Of a stretch of DNA of 64,000 nt, positions 1 through 11,485 are shown one piece after another. Origin of the DNA: Vitrella brassicaformis CCMP3155 (taxonomy: Eukaryota > Protista > Chromerida); assembly GCA_001179505.1 (NCBI GenBank), contig CDMY01000234.1:62001-126000 (forward strand), given 5' to 3'. Within the stretch, counting starts at the first letter, position 1; each line of letters starts with the position of its first letter. Under the pieces are notes generated by a model. It searched no databases. It saw only the letters and a program-made list of their open reading frames with translations, and was not told the origin of the DNA. The position numbers and the translations under genes were made by a program.

Positions 1-990
1 CACATGCTCGCGCGCGTGTGTGTCCCACCTGCCGCTCGTACTGCTGCCGTGACGCTGCCAGTCCGTCACGCTCGCGCCTCATGTTGTCCATCTCCTGACG
101 CAACTGAACCAACACACAGACACATAAACATAACAATGGAATGGCATGATGTGCGTCGCGTCAGAGGGCATTCCATCCATCCAGCTCACCCGGTTGACTT
201 GTTCCTCGTTGGACTCGTTGGAGGTCGTCACGTTCGCCAGCTCCTTTCGAACTCTCAACAGCTCGGCTTGGTACTGCTCACACACATACACACACACACG
301 CATTGTGCCCCATATCCTGGCTTGTGTGGTGGCAACTTACACTCCGTATCGCATGGTGTCCATTCTAGCTATGACGATAGGCAGCACATGAAGGCAGGTC
401 TTTGTGGTTCGTGTGGTGAAACTCACGGTGGCGTACCTTCAGCCCATTCGTCCTCATCGTCATCTTGAGAACCGCCACCAAACCAACAGCAGCCATCCCT
501 GAATGGCAGGAGAGGACAACCGCGCACGTAGGCTGGGCTTGATCTCTCCCAGGTGCCTCCTGTGGCCCCCCTGTCAGCGTGTGACTTACGATGGTGGTCG
601 CTGCTCCCTTGGCCGCCCCATGGGCTCCTCAACAACGCAAGTACCTGCCAAAACACGCAGGCGGGACGACATTCCAACGCGATATGCACTGTGCCGTTCA
701 GAGTGGCACATTCACCCCCCATCAGGGCGAGACCAAAGGGCAGAGGGAAACCAGAAAAAGAGGCAATGGCGGAGTGCGTGGAAATCATTTGAGAAAATAA
801 AAAGAAAAGACAGCCGTCTCCGTCTCCAGCTCCGGCGAGAAGGTCGCGAAGCTTAGGTAAATTTTGCGTGTCGTGAAAGCGTCTTGCCCAACAGCGAGAG
901 TGACGAAACATCGCACACCGATTTCCGGAGCCACATCGAAGCCCAATGTCTCGATCAACACAATTGTGCGTACAGTTTGTTGGCTCACAC
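1..990 (-). CDS. 5' part of a spliced hypothetical gene running off the left edge; possible C2-like N-terminus followed by coiled coil
   Basis: Exon-like segments with GT/AG edges: TVRTIVLIETLGFDVAPEIGVRCFVTLAVGQDAFTTRK, ECATLNGTVHIALECRPACVFWQ, GGGSQDDDEDEWAE, YQAELLRVRKELANVTTSNESNEEQVNR. The C2 resemblance is weak and the start codon was not located. Confidence 0.4.
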
Positions 991-1335
991 AGGGGCACAG
1001 CTGGGCACTACAACGTTAACGTGTGAATGCAGAGGGAAGCTGAGTGGTTGGATGCAACCTGTGAAGGGAGGATGATGATAATTTGATGTACAGTCGGTTT
1101 TCGGGGTCCACAGACAGAGAGCCATAGGGTGGGAGTGACGGCGTGAAAGAGGGAGCGGGGGTCCCCGACTTACCGACCGAAAAACGACCCACCCATGGAT
1201 GGCAGCCATTGCATTCGTAGACAAATGTATAGAGACAGACAGACAGACAGACAGTCGCTCATCTCTCCCTCGACATACATATGCGATAGATACACAGATA
1301 GATTGATGGGTGGATAGCACCAGAGGTGTGTGTTT

Positions 1336-3523
1336 CTATCTGGCGAGCGGAAAAAAGAGTGATGGACACGGCTGGACTGACTTGGTGGCCGTTGAGCGGT
1401 CAGTTGCTTTGTCTGGTATTGTCCATGAGCTGATGATATCTATCGGATACTCGGTGGGAGAAAATCCGATAGATATCATCAGCCCACCTGCAGGACCAAA
1501 CAAGGCAGCGCCCGCCGCCAGCATACTCACTCCGTCATAGATGCTTCCATGGTTCGTGCGATACGAAGCCAGACATACAGACAGACAGACAGACAGACAC
1601 CCGCTCTCAAATATACAACACACACCCCACTCGTCCTTATCTTTTGTCTGTCTGCAGCTTGACGCACGTGAGCATGAAGGTATGTAAGATAAAGACAATG
1701 AAGGGATAGACAGCGGACAGACAAACAGGGAAAAACTCAGTCAATGCACCCACTGCAGCCCCCATCCATTCTCACGTCTGACACTCAGACGTCCAGCAGA
1801 CACGTGTCGTCGCCCCGCCGGCCATTGGGCGACCCGCCATCACTTCCACCACTCGCCATGAGAGAGGCGAATGGCGGCCGCCCGCCCCTCCACCCCACTG
1901 TCTCATTAATACTGTTCTCGTCACCGCCAGCCATCTCCACGTCGATGCTGCTGCGCGTCGATTGCGTCGAGAAGGAACCGGCCCACTTGTCGTCAGAGGA
2001 GAGGGGGGGCGACAGGGGGATGTCGGTCGTCTCGTCGATGTCAGCTGTGTCGGGGTCGCTCTTGACGAGTTGGTACTGGATGCGCTGGGAGTGGAGGGGG
2101 GGGGGGGTGTAGGAGTAGGGAACCGTCTCAAAGCTATCGGCGGGGGCGCCGCTCATCTCGCTGCCGTAGATGTGCGCCTCGACTGCGTGTTGGCTGTCGT
2201 TGGGGTTGCCGATGTCCTTCTCGAACAGCTGCACATACGACCACACCACATACGCGAAATAACCTGTTTGTCGGTCGACACACACAGAGAAACACAAGAC
2301 AGACATGGGTGCAGATGCGAGTGTCTGTCTGCACGAGTGCTGTCTGCGGTCACCGCCGATGAAGACGTTGCCCACGAGAAGGGCGAATATGGTGGTCCTG
2401 ACGACCGTGCAGGCCTCAGCAAAGCCGGCACTGGCACGCTGCGAGTGGTGGGCAAACAGCTTCTTTCCCTCTGCCTCCAAACCCGCACGCGCCTGAAGGA
2501 CAGTGGAGGACGCACACACAGGCGGTTGTGTGTCCGTGTTGTGCCCCGCATTTTTTGTTGGCTGTGGCTGGCAGGGCAAGGTGCTTGGCTTGCTTACTTC
2601 GTCGCAGACGATGGCCATCCATACGGCGAGCCATATGGTGTCGACGACGATGCACGTGACGTAGTAGAAGAAGTAGGTCTGCACGGGGGTCAGCCTGCGA
2701 TCGGACCTGAAGATCTCTGCGTGGCGCGACGTGTTCCTGACCACACACAAACACACACACGCATTCACACGCAAGCCTCTTCGTGTGCCGTGACTGACGG
2801 CCTGATGGCTTGCCTGAAGACGGCCACGAGGCAGAGCAGCGATAGCGTGAAGCGGACAGCCGCCAATAGGAGAGCTGCAACCACACAAAACACGACACAC
2901 ACACACACACACATACACACACGAGAATGGTTGCCATCCCTCCCCTCCTTGTCTGTGTTTGCCATTGCCTACATATGCCCTCTGCGACGGGGCCGTTGCC
3001 CTCAGCATACTCTACACACACAACACGACAGCGTCGAACAGTCAGACCAGATGAGCGTTCGAGCGTCCTGTTCGGCCTGGGTCTAGAAGGTGCGTGTACG
3101 ATAGATACCCTCGAACACGATGATGCCCGAGCTCCCGAGGACGGAAAAGAAGGCGTCCGCCTGCACACAGAGAGGAGAGGGACGGACGCACGCGCACAAG
3201 ACAGCAAACCCCGTGTGTGTACGTGTGTGACACATGCATGTGGTTGCAGCCCGTTGGTGTGTCTGTGTGTGACGGGGCCATACCATGTCGAGGGATGCGA
3301 TCCATGTGACTCCCGCCGCCAGTGACTGGCCACAGCAAAACTGACACACCACACGCAGACACACACACACCACAGACAGACAGACAGCCATGCGTGCGTC
3401 AGTGAGAAGATGGGGAGATCTCCCTTTCTCCCTCTCCCCGGTGCGTACGGACGGCCTGCATTGTCTGTGTCTTACCCCAGTCAGTGGCTCCACCTTGAAG
3501 CCCAGCAGACCGTCGAACACCAT
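1336..3523 (-). CDS. Multi-pass membrane protein (about 4 TM helices) with a long acidic/Ser-rich cytosolic tail; family unknown
   Basis: Exons MVFDGLLGFKVEPLTG, SLAAGVTWIASLDM, ADAFFSVLGSSGIIVFE, AALLLAAVRFTLSLLCLVAVFR, YFFYYVTCIVVDTIWLAVWMAIV, TIFALLVGNVFI, GYFAYVVWSYVQLFEKD, then a disordered tail ending PLAR* at 1336. Confidence 0.65.
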
Positions 3524-3750
3524 CTTGCCTCTGGCGCGCCGCCTTGATATGCACAAATGGCGGTGTCCAGGCAACGGGAACGCAGATCTGTAAAAAAGCA
3601 GATGCGATAGGGCCTCCTGTCCTCGGAAGCTTTGGTTTTTGTCCGATGTCGGACTCTCAGAAGGGATCGGCGACGCGAGCTTAGGTTTTCAAACCCTTCA
3701 CATCTCCCCCGGCGCTGTCCATCCATCCGCTGCATTTGACTGACAGCATC

Positions 3751-5533
3751 ATGGTGCAGCCGCAGAGGACCACGATCTTGCTCATGATCTGCCTGGCCCC
3801 GCTGCTGTCCATCGCAGCCTTCCGACCCTCCCCGTCTGCCTTTGTCCGCCATGCATCCTTCTCCCTCCAATCGCCACATAAACACACGAGGAGGCGGCAC
3901 CGTCTTATGCACAGCAGCCCGACGATGCTCTCGCTGCCGCCAGTGCTTGAGGGCCTGCTCAAGCCGACGACGACAGGCAGACCGAGTTCGTTTGTTGAGA
4001 GGCGCGACGAGCGGCCCGATGCGGGCAGGTTCTATCTGAATCCCTTCTGGGCGCCCTATTTCACAAGGCCGACGTTAAGGCGGCAGCTTGATGAGTGGAC
4101 ATGGGTGTTCGAGCAGCGGCTGGGCCTCTTCAATGTGAGTGAGATCGTCAGGTGGGCAAAAGCGGAAGCGACGGCAGTGAATGAATGCGGCAGGATGAAG
4201 CGGGTTTCCTCTTCTCGCTGTCTGTCTGTCTGTCTGTCTGTCTGGGTGTGTGTGACTGTGTGTGTGTGACTGCGTGTGGTTTAGGATGACGGTGTTGCGG
4301 TTGGACAGTGGTGGGCTGTTTGTGTTCTCTCCCGTGGCGCCGACTGGCGAATGCATCGCACTGCTTAATGTGGGCACTCCGACAATCCGCCAGATGTGCG
4401 TCGGTCACTGTGGTACTGGATGGATGGATGGCTTCAGGACATTGGCGGCGAGGTTGAGTACATTGTCCTCCCGAGTGCTGCGCTCGAACACAAACTGTGT
4501 ATGTGATCAACGAGGCGCTATGTGTGTGCGTGTGTATTCCTGAATGATGAGTTCGTCTTTTGTTCCTCCATCTTTGCTATGCCATGCAGTCACCCAGAGC
4601 TTCGTCAAGAAGTACCCAAGGGCAGAGGTACACATCGATGATGGCACTTTCACACACATACAGCCAGCACCCATGATCTCCTTCTCCTCTCTCGTCAGGT
4701 CTTTATCGCTCCCGGCCAGTTCTCATACCCCTTCTCCCCTCCCGGCGGCCCGCTGGGCTTCACGCCAGACGGAGTGCTCACCAACGATCTGATAACACCA
4801 TTCAGCAACGAGATAGAGCACGCAACTTTCCTGGCATCGTCGGACGTCGGCAGTGCGGCTGAGGTGGCCATGTTCCACAAAAGCAGTCGCACCTTACTGA
4901 CCGTCGACAGCATCGCTTTGATCGACCGACGGCGGGAGGAGAGGCGAGACGTGAAGGCGCAGTGCAGCGCGCTGCAGGTGCGCGATCGAGGGAGCGAGGA
5001 GCGAGTCGTTGTGTGTATGAGCGCCGCCCTCGTTGTATCCTTCTGTGTTGCAGGTGCTGTTCTTCCAGTGTGCGCCTGATGTGAACCCAAGTGGCTTCTT
5101 TTACAACGTCCCCAGCAAGTACGACAACTGGTTCGATCAGCTCGTGGTGCCGCCCACCGTCAGGAAATGGGTGAACAAGGAAATGAGATCGCTTGGGAAG
5201 GGGTGGTGACGACTTGGCTCTGTGGCCGTCGGCAGGTGATCGAGGTCAACCCTCAGACGACCAAGGAATGGCTCGATCGCATCTCACGCTTCAAATTCGA
5301 CCGCATCATACCCTGCCACTTCGACGCGCCAATCGCAGCAAACACGTAAGCCGACGCCTTCCTGCTGTGTGTGCTGTTGCCCCATCCTTGCGCGTGTGTC
5401 TGTGTTGGTCAGTCGGGATTTCCTCGCCAGCTTCTCGTTCTTGACTGACCGGAGGAAAGCCGACGCGACTTTTCGGCCTGGACTTGCACCTTTCATTGAG
5501 AGTGTGGCGGAGAGCCTCCCCAAGGGACGGTGA
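3751..5533 (+). CDS. DUF4336-family (metallo-beta-lactamase-like) protein with a bipartite plastid-type leader
   Basis: Leader MVQPQRTTILLMICLAPLLSIAAF-RPSPSAFVRH. Family-like motifs RMTVLRLDSGGLFVFSPVAPT, EVAMFHKSSRTLLTVDS, FDRIIPCHFDAPI. Last exon ends SLPKGR* at 5533. Confidence 0.8.
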
Positions 5534-5979
5534 TCGACGGTGACCTGTCAACCGACAGAGGGAGAGGTGCAATGGGTGTCGATCAGTGAGGGTGGATGCA
5601 TTTACTGTCTTGGATGGATGGATGGATGGATGGACTCTTCCACGCCAGCGACGGTTTGTGGTCTGAGTGAATGAAGATAAGGTTCAGTGCATGCAATGCA
5701 TGACTGAGGGACACTTTGTCCCTCCCTGTCAAGTCTGTCTACTGAGACGTACGCATGTCATCTCATGTATGTCTCACGCTACCTACACGCTATCGACACC
5801 AGTGTGTGTGCTACTCACACAAGACATCCAGGCATGCATCGCATCAGATACATCACGGGCATCTACACGCCCACATGGCACACTGCCGCCCATCGACGGG
5901 CCCGACTATTGTGTCTCGTGCTGACCGATCGCCGCCCTCCACCACATCGCGCCACCTCATTCGAAAGCCAACAGTCGTA

Positions 5980-8900
5980 TCATTCCGGTGCGCCTCCCTG
6001 TCTCAAGAAAGGCGGGTGCGTGAAGGAGGGCGTCATCGAGCGAGAGACACCAGTGTAGAGAATCGGCCGTATAAGGGGGTTTGGTGGCGGTGGTACTGGT
6101 GGGTGGGTGCTGCAGCACTTGCTCTGCTGCGGTGAGCGGCTGCGCGTGTCCGTCTGCGTAGCGGGCTGAAGGGAAGAGGGCATTATAGCGTTGTTCACCC
6201 AGCGAAGTGGGGGACTGGCAGACAGAGGATGCAAAGGAATGAGCGTGGGTATGCGTATCTGTGGTCTGTGTCGGCATACCGGATGATGAGTGGCGGCGAT
6301 TTGATGACCAAGCACCCGCGGGCCTCGCCTTGTGGCTGAGGCTTTGAGGGAGGGGGTGCTGACTTGTGAGCCCGTCGGGGAGGCTCGTTCATGACCATGG
6401 CTCGGTCCAGCTCCTGCATGGCTTGGTCGAAATCGCCACCCAGGTGCTCCAATCTACGCAGGCTGGTCTTCATTTGCTGACACATCGCACGAGGGACACG
6501 ACCACATGGATATGTGTGAGGCACGTTTTTGTCTCCGTGTGCGGTCACCTGTATGTGCTGCTGCAGTGTGTGCAGGCTCTCCAGCTGCGGTGGTGTCTGT
6601 GTCTTGCCTCCTGCTCCCGCTGCCGCCCTGCTGTGGCAGCTGAGGATGGACAGAGGCGCAGACTGATGCGAGCCGGCGCCATCAAATGTCGGCGTTCTTA
6701 TGATGCCGCCCCCTGGCGCTGCCGCATCATTCGATCCTCTCCTATTCACCACAATCCTCACGTGTCTGCCCTCGCCATGGTTTTCCCTCAGCTGTCGGTT
6801 CTCCTCCCGTAATGCATCGATCTCTCTCTCCAGCTCCTCAATGCGGTGCATCTGCCGCCTGAGCGTGTCACCTGTGGCGTTGGCAAGGTCGTCGAAGTAG
6901 AGGTTTCTGGGGCTGATGTTCTCGCTGCTGCTGTCTTCGCTGTTGGAGCTGTTGAGCATCATGCTGTGCAACATGTCTCGGTCGCCAGTGCCGCCCAAAG
7001 CCAGGGAGGGCGAAATAGCGCCGAAGATGTCCGGTCTCTGAAGTAGAGAGAGCGAAATATCTGTCATCCCATGAGATGTCATTTGTCTCGTGATACCTGG
7101 GAAACGATCTCCTTGATCAGGTCCTGCATCTTCTCCATCTGATTTACGACATACAGGAGAGGATCCCACACACATGTCTTGTGTCGCTTACCCACCCGAC
7201 CACCTGTGCGACGAATCTGGGTGTGGCGGCCATCGAACCAGATGGCCGCCCCGGCGTCATAGCCCCATAAACACTGCTGGCTCGTCTTCGATCGCTCTGG
7301 CTGTCGGGTGTGGTTGGGGATCGGCTATTGGCCAACGGGTCGGGGGATGAGGTGGTCGACGGTCGATGGGAGTTGAGACGGAGTGGGGACGGCTTCGGGC
7401 GCGACGCCCGGCGACCCGCCTTTGAGGACTCATCTTCGATGAGGGTCACCGTCTTCCTTCGTCCAGTTGATTGGGGTGGGGATCTCTTGGTTAGCCTGTT
7501 TCCGACTACCCCGACAGGCACAATCTCCTCCTTCAACCTCTGCAGCTTGTTGATCGCCTTGTCCTTCTGCCGCCCCCTCGTTATGCCCCGCAGGGTCCCT
7601 TCCAAGTGTTGAATCCGCCGCTTCAGGTCGAGGTTCTCACTTGTGACGCTCCGAAGGTTCTCGCGCAATATGAGCTCAACTTCGTCGTCGTCTCGGCTCC
7701 GTCTCGGAAGCTCGGCGCTCGCCGCTCGCCATAAGTCCCTGTTGATGAGAGCATTGAGCGGCTCTCTAGGCGATGGAACGACTGGGTCGTCGGCGGAGGC
7801 GGCGCTGTCGTCCTGCAGCGCGCTACTGAGCTCGTCACTGAGGGATTTTGGTGCGAGGGGGAGCCGGGGGACGGCGGGAGCGGCAGACTGAAAAGGCCAA
7901 AGAGGGATAAAGCTTGTCACAATAATACGTGCGTGTGATTGTTAGCGTACCGATGGTGAGACGTTTTGTCTGTCGTTGCCGCCTTGCGACTCTGGTCTCG
8001 ACTCCCGCGATGCCCTCGGTGTGACGTCGGCTCTCAGCAGCTGCCGATCGAGGTTGGCCCCGTCAGACAGACCTGACAGGCAGTCAAGAAGTGAAGGACC
8101 GATACACTGTGATCTCTTGTGTCTTTGTACTCAGTCTGGTGATGGACGTGCGGTCGCCGAAGATTGTCATGTTGCGTTGGTTGCGGGCGTGGAGCAGAGC
8201 GGTCACTTCGTCCTAGCAAATCAACACACACAGAGACATGCCTCTCAACACTTGCTACAAATAGAGAGATGCTGTCTCAGTACCTTTTCCTTCTGCAGCA
8301 GCCTGTTTCTCTCTTCGAGTGCGTGTTTGGCCTTTTCCAAATCAATGAGGTTACTCTGCAGGCCCAGCAGACGAGATTGCATCCGACGCATTTCAATCCT
8401 GAGGCGGCACACAGATATAGAAACTTGAGTGAGACATGGGAGACACAGAGTTCACTCACTTTTGCTGGGAGTCTGCCCTCTTGACGGCGGGCGGTAGGGT
8501 GGCGTTGAGGGCCATCTGCTCTAGGTCCTTCACCGCCCCGTCGTCATGGCCGGACATCTTGTCAAGCGACTCCTGCAAGCACCACCAACCGTCCATCACG
8601 TTGCCGACCAGCATCGTTCATGCATGTCTCACCCACCTGGAGGTCCGTCACTTGCTGCTTCAGACGTTCGTTTTCGCGCATCAGCTGAGACTTCTGCCTC
8701 TCTAGGTTATCCAGTGACTGACCACACATGCAGACATACCACTTGTGTCTCACCATCGATGGTCGTGTCGTGTCACACCATTTTGGCAATTTCGTCTTCG
8801 CTGGATCGCGAAGCCCTGTCTTGTCGGCTCAGCTGTGTCCTTAAGTTGGCGTTCTCCTCCTTGAGTCTCTCCCCCTCTCGCCTGAGGAAGCCAATCTCCT

Positions 8901-11304
8901 CCACCATGCTGTCCCATTCTGCCTCGTAACCACCCGAGCTCTGCGACACAATGAACGAGCCGTGCATATGTGCACGCCGCTTGTGTCTGTGCTACTCACC
9001 GCGGCAGACTCTCGTCTGAGTGATCGGTTGCTGTGTCGTCGCTTCTTGAGGGCGGCAATGGTTCGGCGCAGCGACGCGACCTCTTCTTCCAACCCGACAT
9101 CACGCTGCGCAAAGTCACCCAACACGACCTCGGTGCGCTCCAACTGCTCTGTCAGCTCCTGCACCACACATGGACCCATGGTGTCCATGTCTTTGTCAGT
9201 GCATGTAGTGTGCCTTGAGTGACTGACGTCATTTTCAGCCCCAACGCGTCTCAGCTCTTTGATAAGGGTTGATGTGCGAATCTCTTCCATCTCGCTCTGT
9301 AGCTGGACGAGCCGATTCTGTGTCTCAGCCAACTCCTGCATGAAAGAACGGCTTGGTTTTGATGCGTCGATGTCTCTCTTCTTGGCTCACCTTCTCTGCT
9401 TCTGTCCGTCTGGTCTTCTCTTCCTCCAGTTCTCTGGCCAGCTGCTGTGACTTCCCTCCATCAAGCAGACCTATGGGGCCGCCAGATCGGTGCACTACAG
9501 CAACACATGCAGATGAAAGACATGCACTCATGAGAGAAAGGCTTGGATGTGCTTGCCCCCCACCCTGGAGGGTCTGCAGCTCGTCTAGGTCTTCTTCATC
9601 CATGTCAATCATCTCCACACCCCGCTGCAGCGACTGCATGCCACCGAAGGCAAGGCGCACACACATTCGGTCCGAATGCGTCGGTCCTTCTGCCTTCCTT
9701 CGTTCCTGGTACCGTGAGCACTTTTATAAGCGAAAACATCTTGCCCGTCACGACGACGCTTTGGAAACGGTCGCGCAGCTGATCGCCACTCTTCATCGAC
9801 ATCACGGACGACCAATCAGCCAACAGCGAGCCCCCTCCGCTTTGCCTCTCAGGCTGGACGTCAGTCTTCCTTCGTGTATTCTCTTCGTGCGCCGTTTCCC
9901 CTGCTGTCTCTTCGAAGGACTTCGACCGCTCATCGGTCGGGTCAGAGTGCCGTTGGTCTGTCGAGTGAGAGGAGCGGGGCTGCAGCGAGTCGCGGGAAGG
10001 AAAGCCGCCACGACGCCTGGCTGCGAACTGCGCGTTGATGTCGCTGGCCGATCGTAGGAGGTCGGAGACGCGATGCTCCATGTCGTCGATCCTCTGCTCG
10101 ACATTCTTCTTGCCTTCGTCTCGTCTGCCATCCCCCTCCTCCCCCTCCTCCGCAATTGTCATCAGCGCGGGCACAGTACTCGCGCTCACAAGACCCGACG
10201 GCCGACCCCGACCAACGCCTCTCCCCCTTGCGGCCGTCGCTGCCTGACTCGTGGGTGATTTGAGAGGGCTCTCGGGGTCGGCGAGGATAGACTCTTTTGG
10301 CTCGGACGCGTCTGTGTTGGCGGACGCGACAGGCCATCGAATTTGGAGGGACTTGCGATGGCTGCCGGACTGCTGGGATTGCCGGGGACCCGCGCCGCTG
10401 CAAACAAGAGTCAGGGACCGAAAAACAAGGTGAATCCCTTTTCAGACGGCCCTGTTATTTGTTGACCGTTGTTTTGTGGACTCTTTCTTTGTTCCCTCTG
10501 GTAGAGTGAGGGCACCAGCCGAGCTTGACCGCGCGTTTTTCATGAGGTCCACGGTCAAAGACAGACGGTGGCTCGACTTGCTGGTGGGCCTGAGGCAAAG
10601 AGGGCGCTATCCCATTCGGGCAACGCGTCCGAGTACCTCTCAGTGCTCTGTGATGTTCGTGAAGCTGCACTTCTGCCGAGATGAGGTGTGGTTGGCGTCT
10701 TGGGGGCTGATGCACCATCAAAGGAACCGTCGAATAGCAGCGAGCGCGAAAGCCTGAAAGTACACAAAAGGCACCTCCACCTGTCTGCGTATTGCACGCA
10801 GTATGGCCGTACGCACCGGCCATCATCGTCGCTCCCTTTGGATAGTCCCAATGGCATGTCCCTAAAGGCGGCAGACAGGCGAGGCGGCCGGGCTCGTGTG
10901 TCGAGGCGGATGCCAAACTTAGGGCGGGCTGTCGAGGAACGACGGAAGCTGCGCAGAGGAGCGAATGTGAGGGGCGACTCTCACATTCAGCGTTTGTCGC
11001 TGTGCCCCCTGTTTGTACCTGCTGGCGTCATTTGTTCTCTGACCCCCACCCTCTGCAATCTGTGCGCACAGCAAACAAGACCGAAAGAGTGGCAAAGTGC
11101 CATTGGCCCATGGCTCAAATGTACCTCGACGCTTCTGCTGTGCCTGAGTGCTATTCGAGGGGCAGGCTGCAGGCACATAAGAGATACACGTCTGATCACG
11201 CCATGCTTACCATACCCGCTGACAACCTGACAACCATACTCGCTTACCATACACGTCTGTTCAATGGCTGCGAGGCGGGCCTCTTTGCTCAAGCTTTCCA
11301 TCAT
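5980..11304 (-). CDS. Large coiled-coil/disordered protein (may be more than one gene)
   Basis: Heptad-rich exons: VEQRIDDMEHRVSDLL, QQLARELEEEKTRRTEAEK, ELAETQNRLVQLQSEMEE, LDNLERQKSQLMRENERLKQQ, ENLDLKRRIQHLEGTL, RIEELEREIDALREENRQL. Probable start MMESLSKEARLAAIEQTCM followed by a GTAAGC donor. Confidence 0.6.
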
Positions 11305-11485
11305 TCCCAAAACTCCTCGCAGGGGGAAGGAGGAAGGGGAAGAAGGGAGAGCGTTCGACTTCGTTTTGAGATCGCAACTGGCGATCCGTCGCGCGACGGA
11401 TCCGCAATTGCGGATCCGCACAACGCAGAAAGGAACGCATGAGGGCTTCAGCAGCATGTATCTTCTCTCCAGATCTACACTCACA

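Noticed and set aside
1785-3086. Long overlapping ORFs on both strands (407 aa and 374 aa)
   Set aside because: GC-rich exons plus microsatellite introns (CVCVCV/HTHTHT translations) give stop-free frames; only the minus-strand exons are protein-like.
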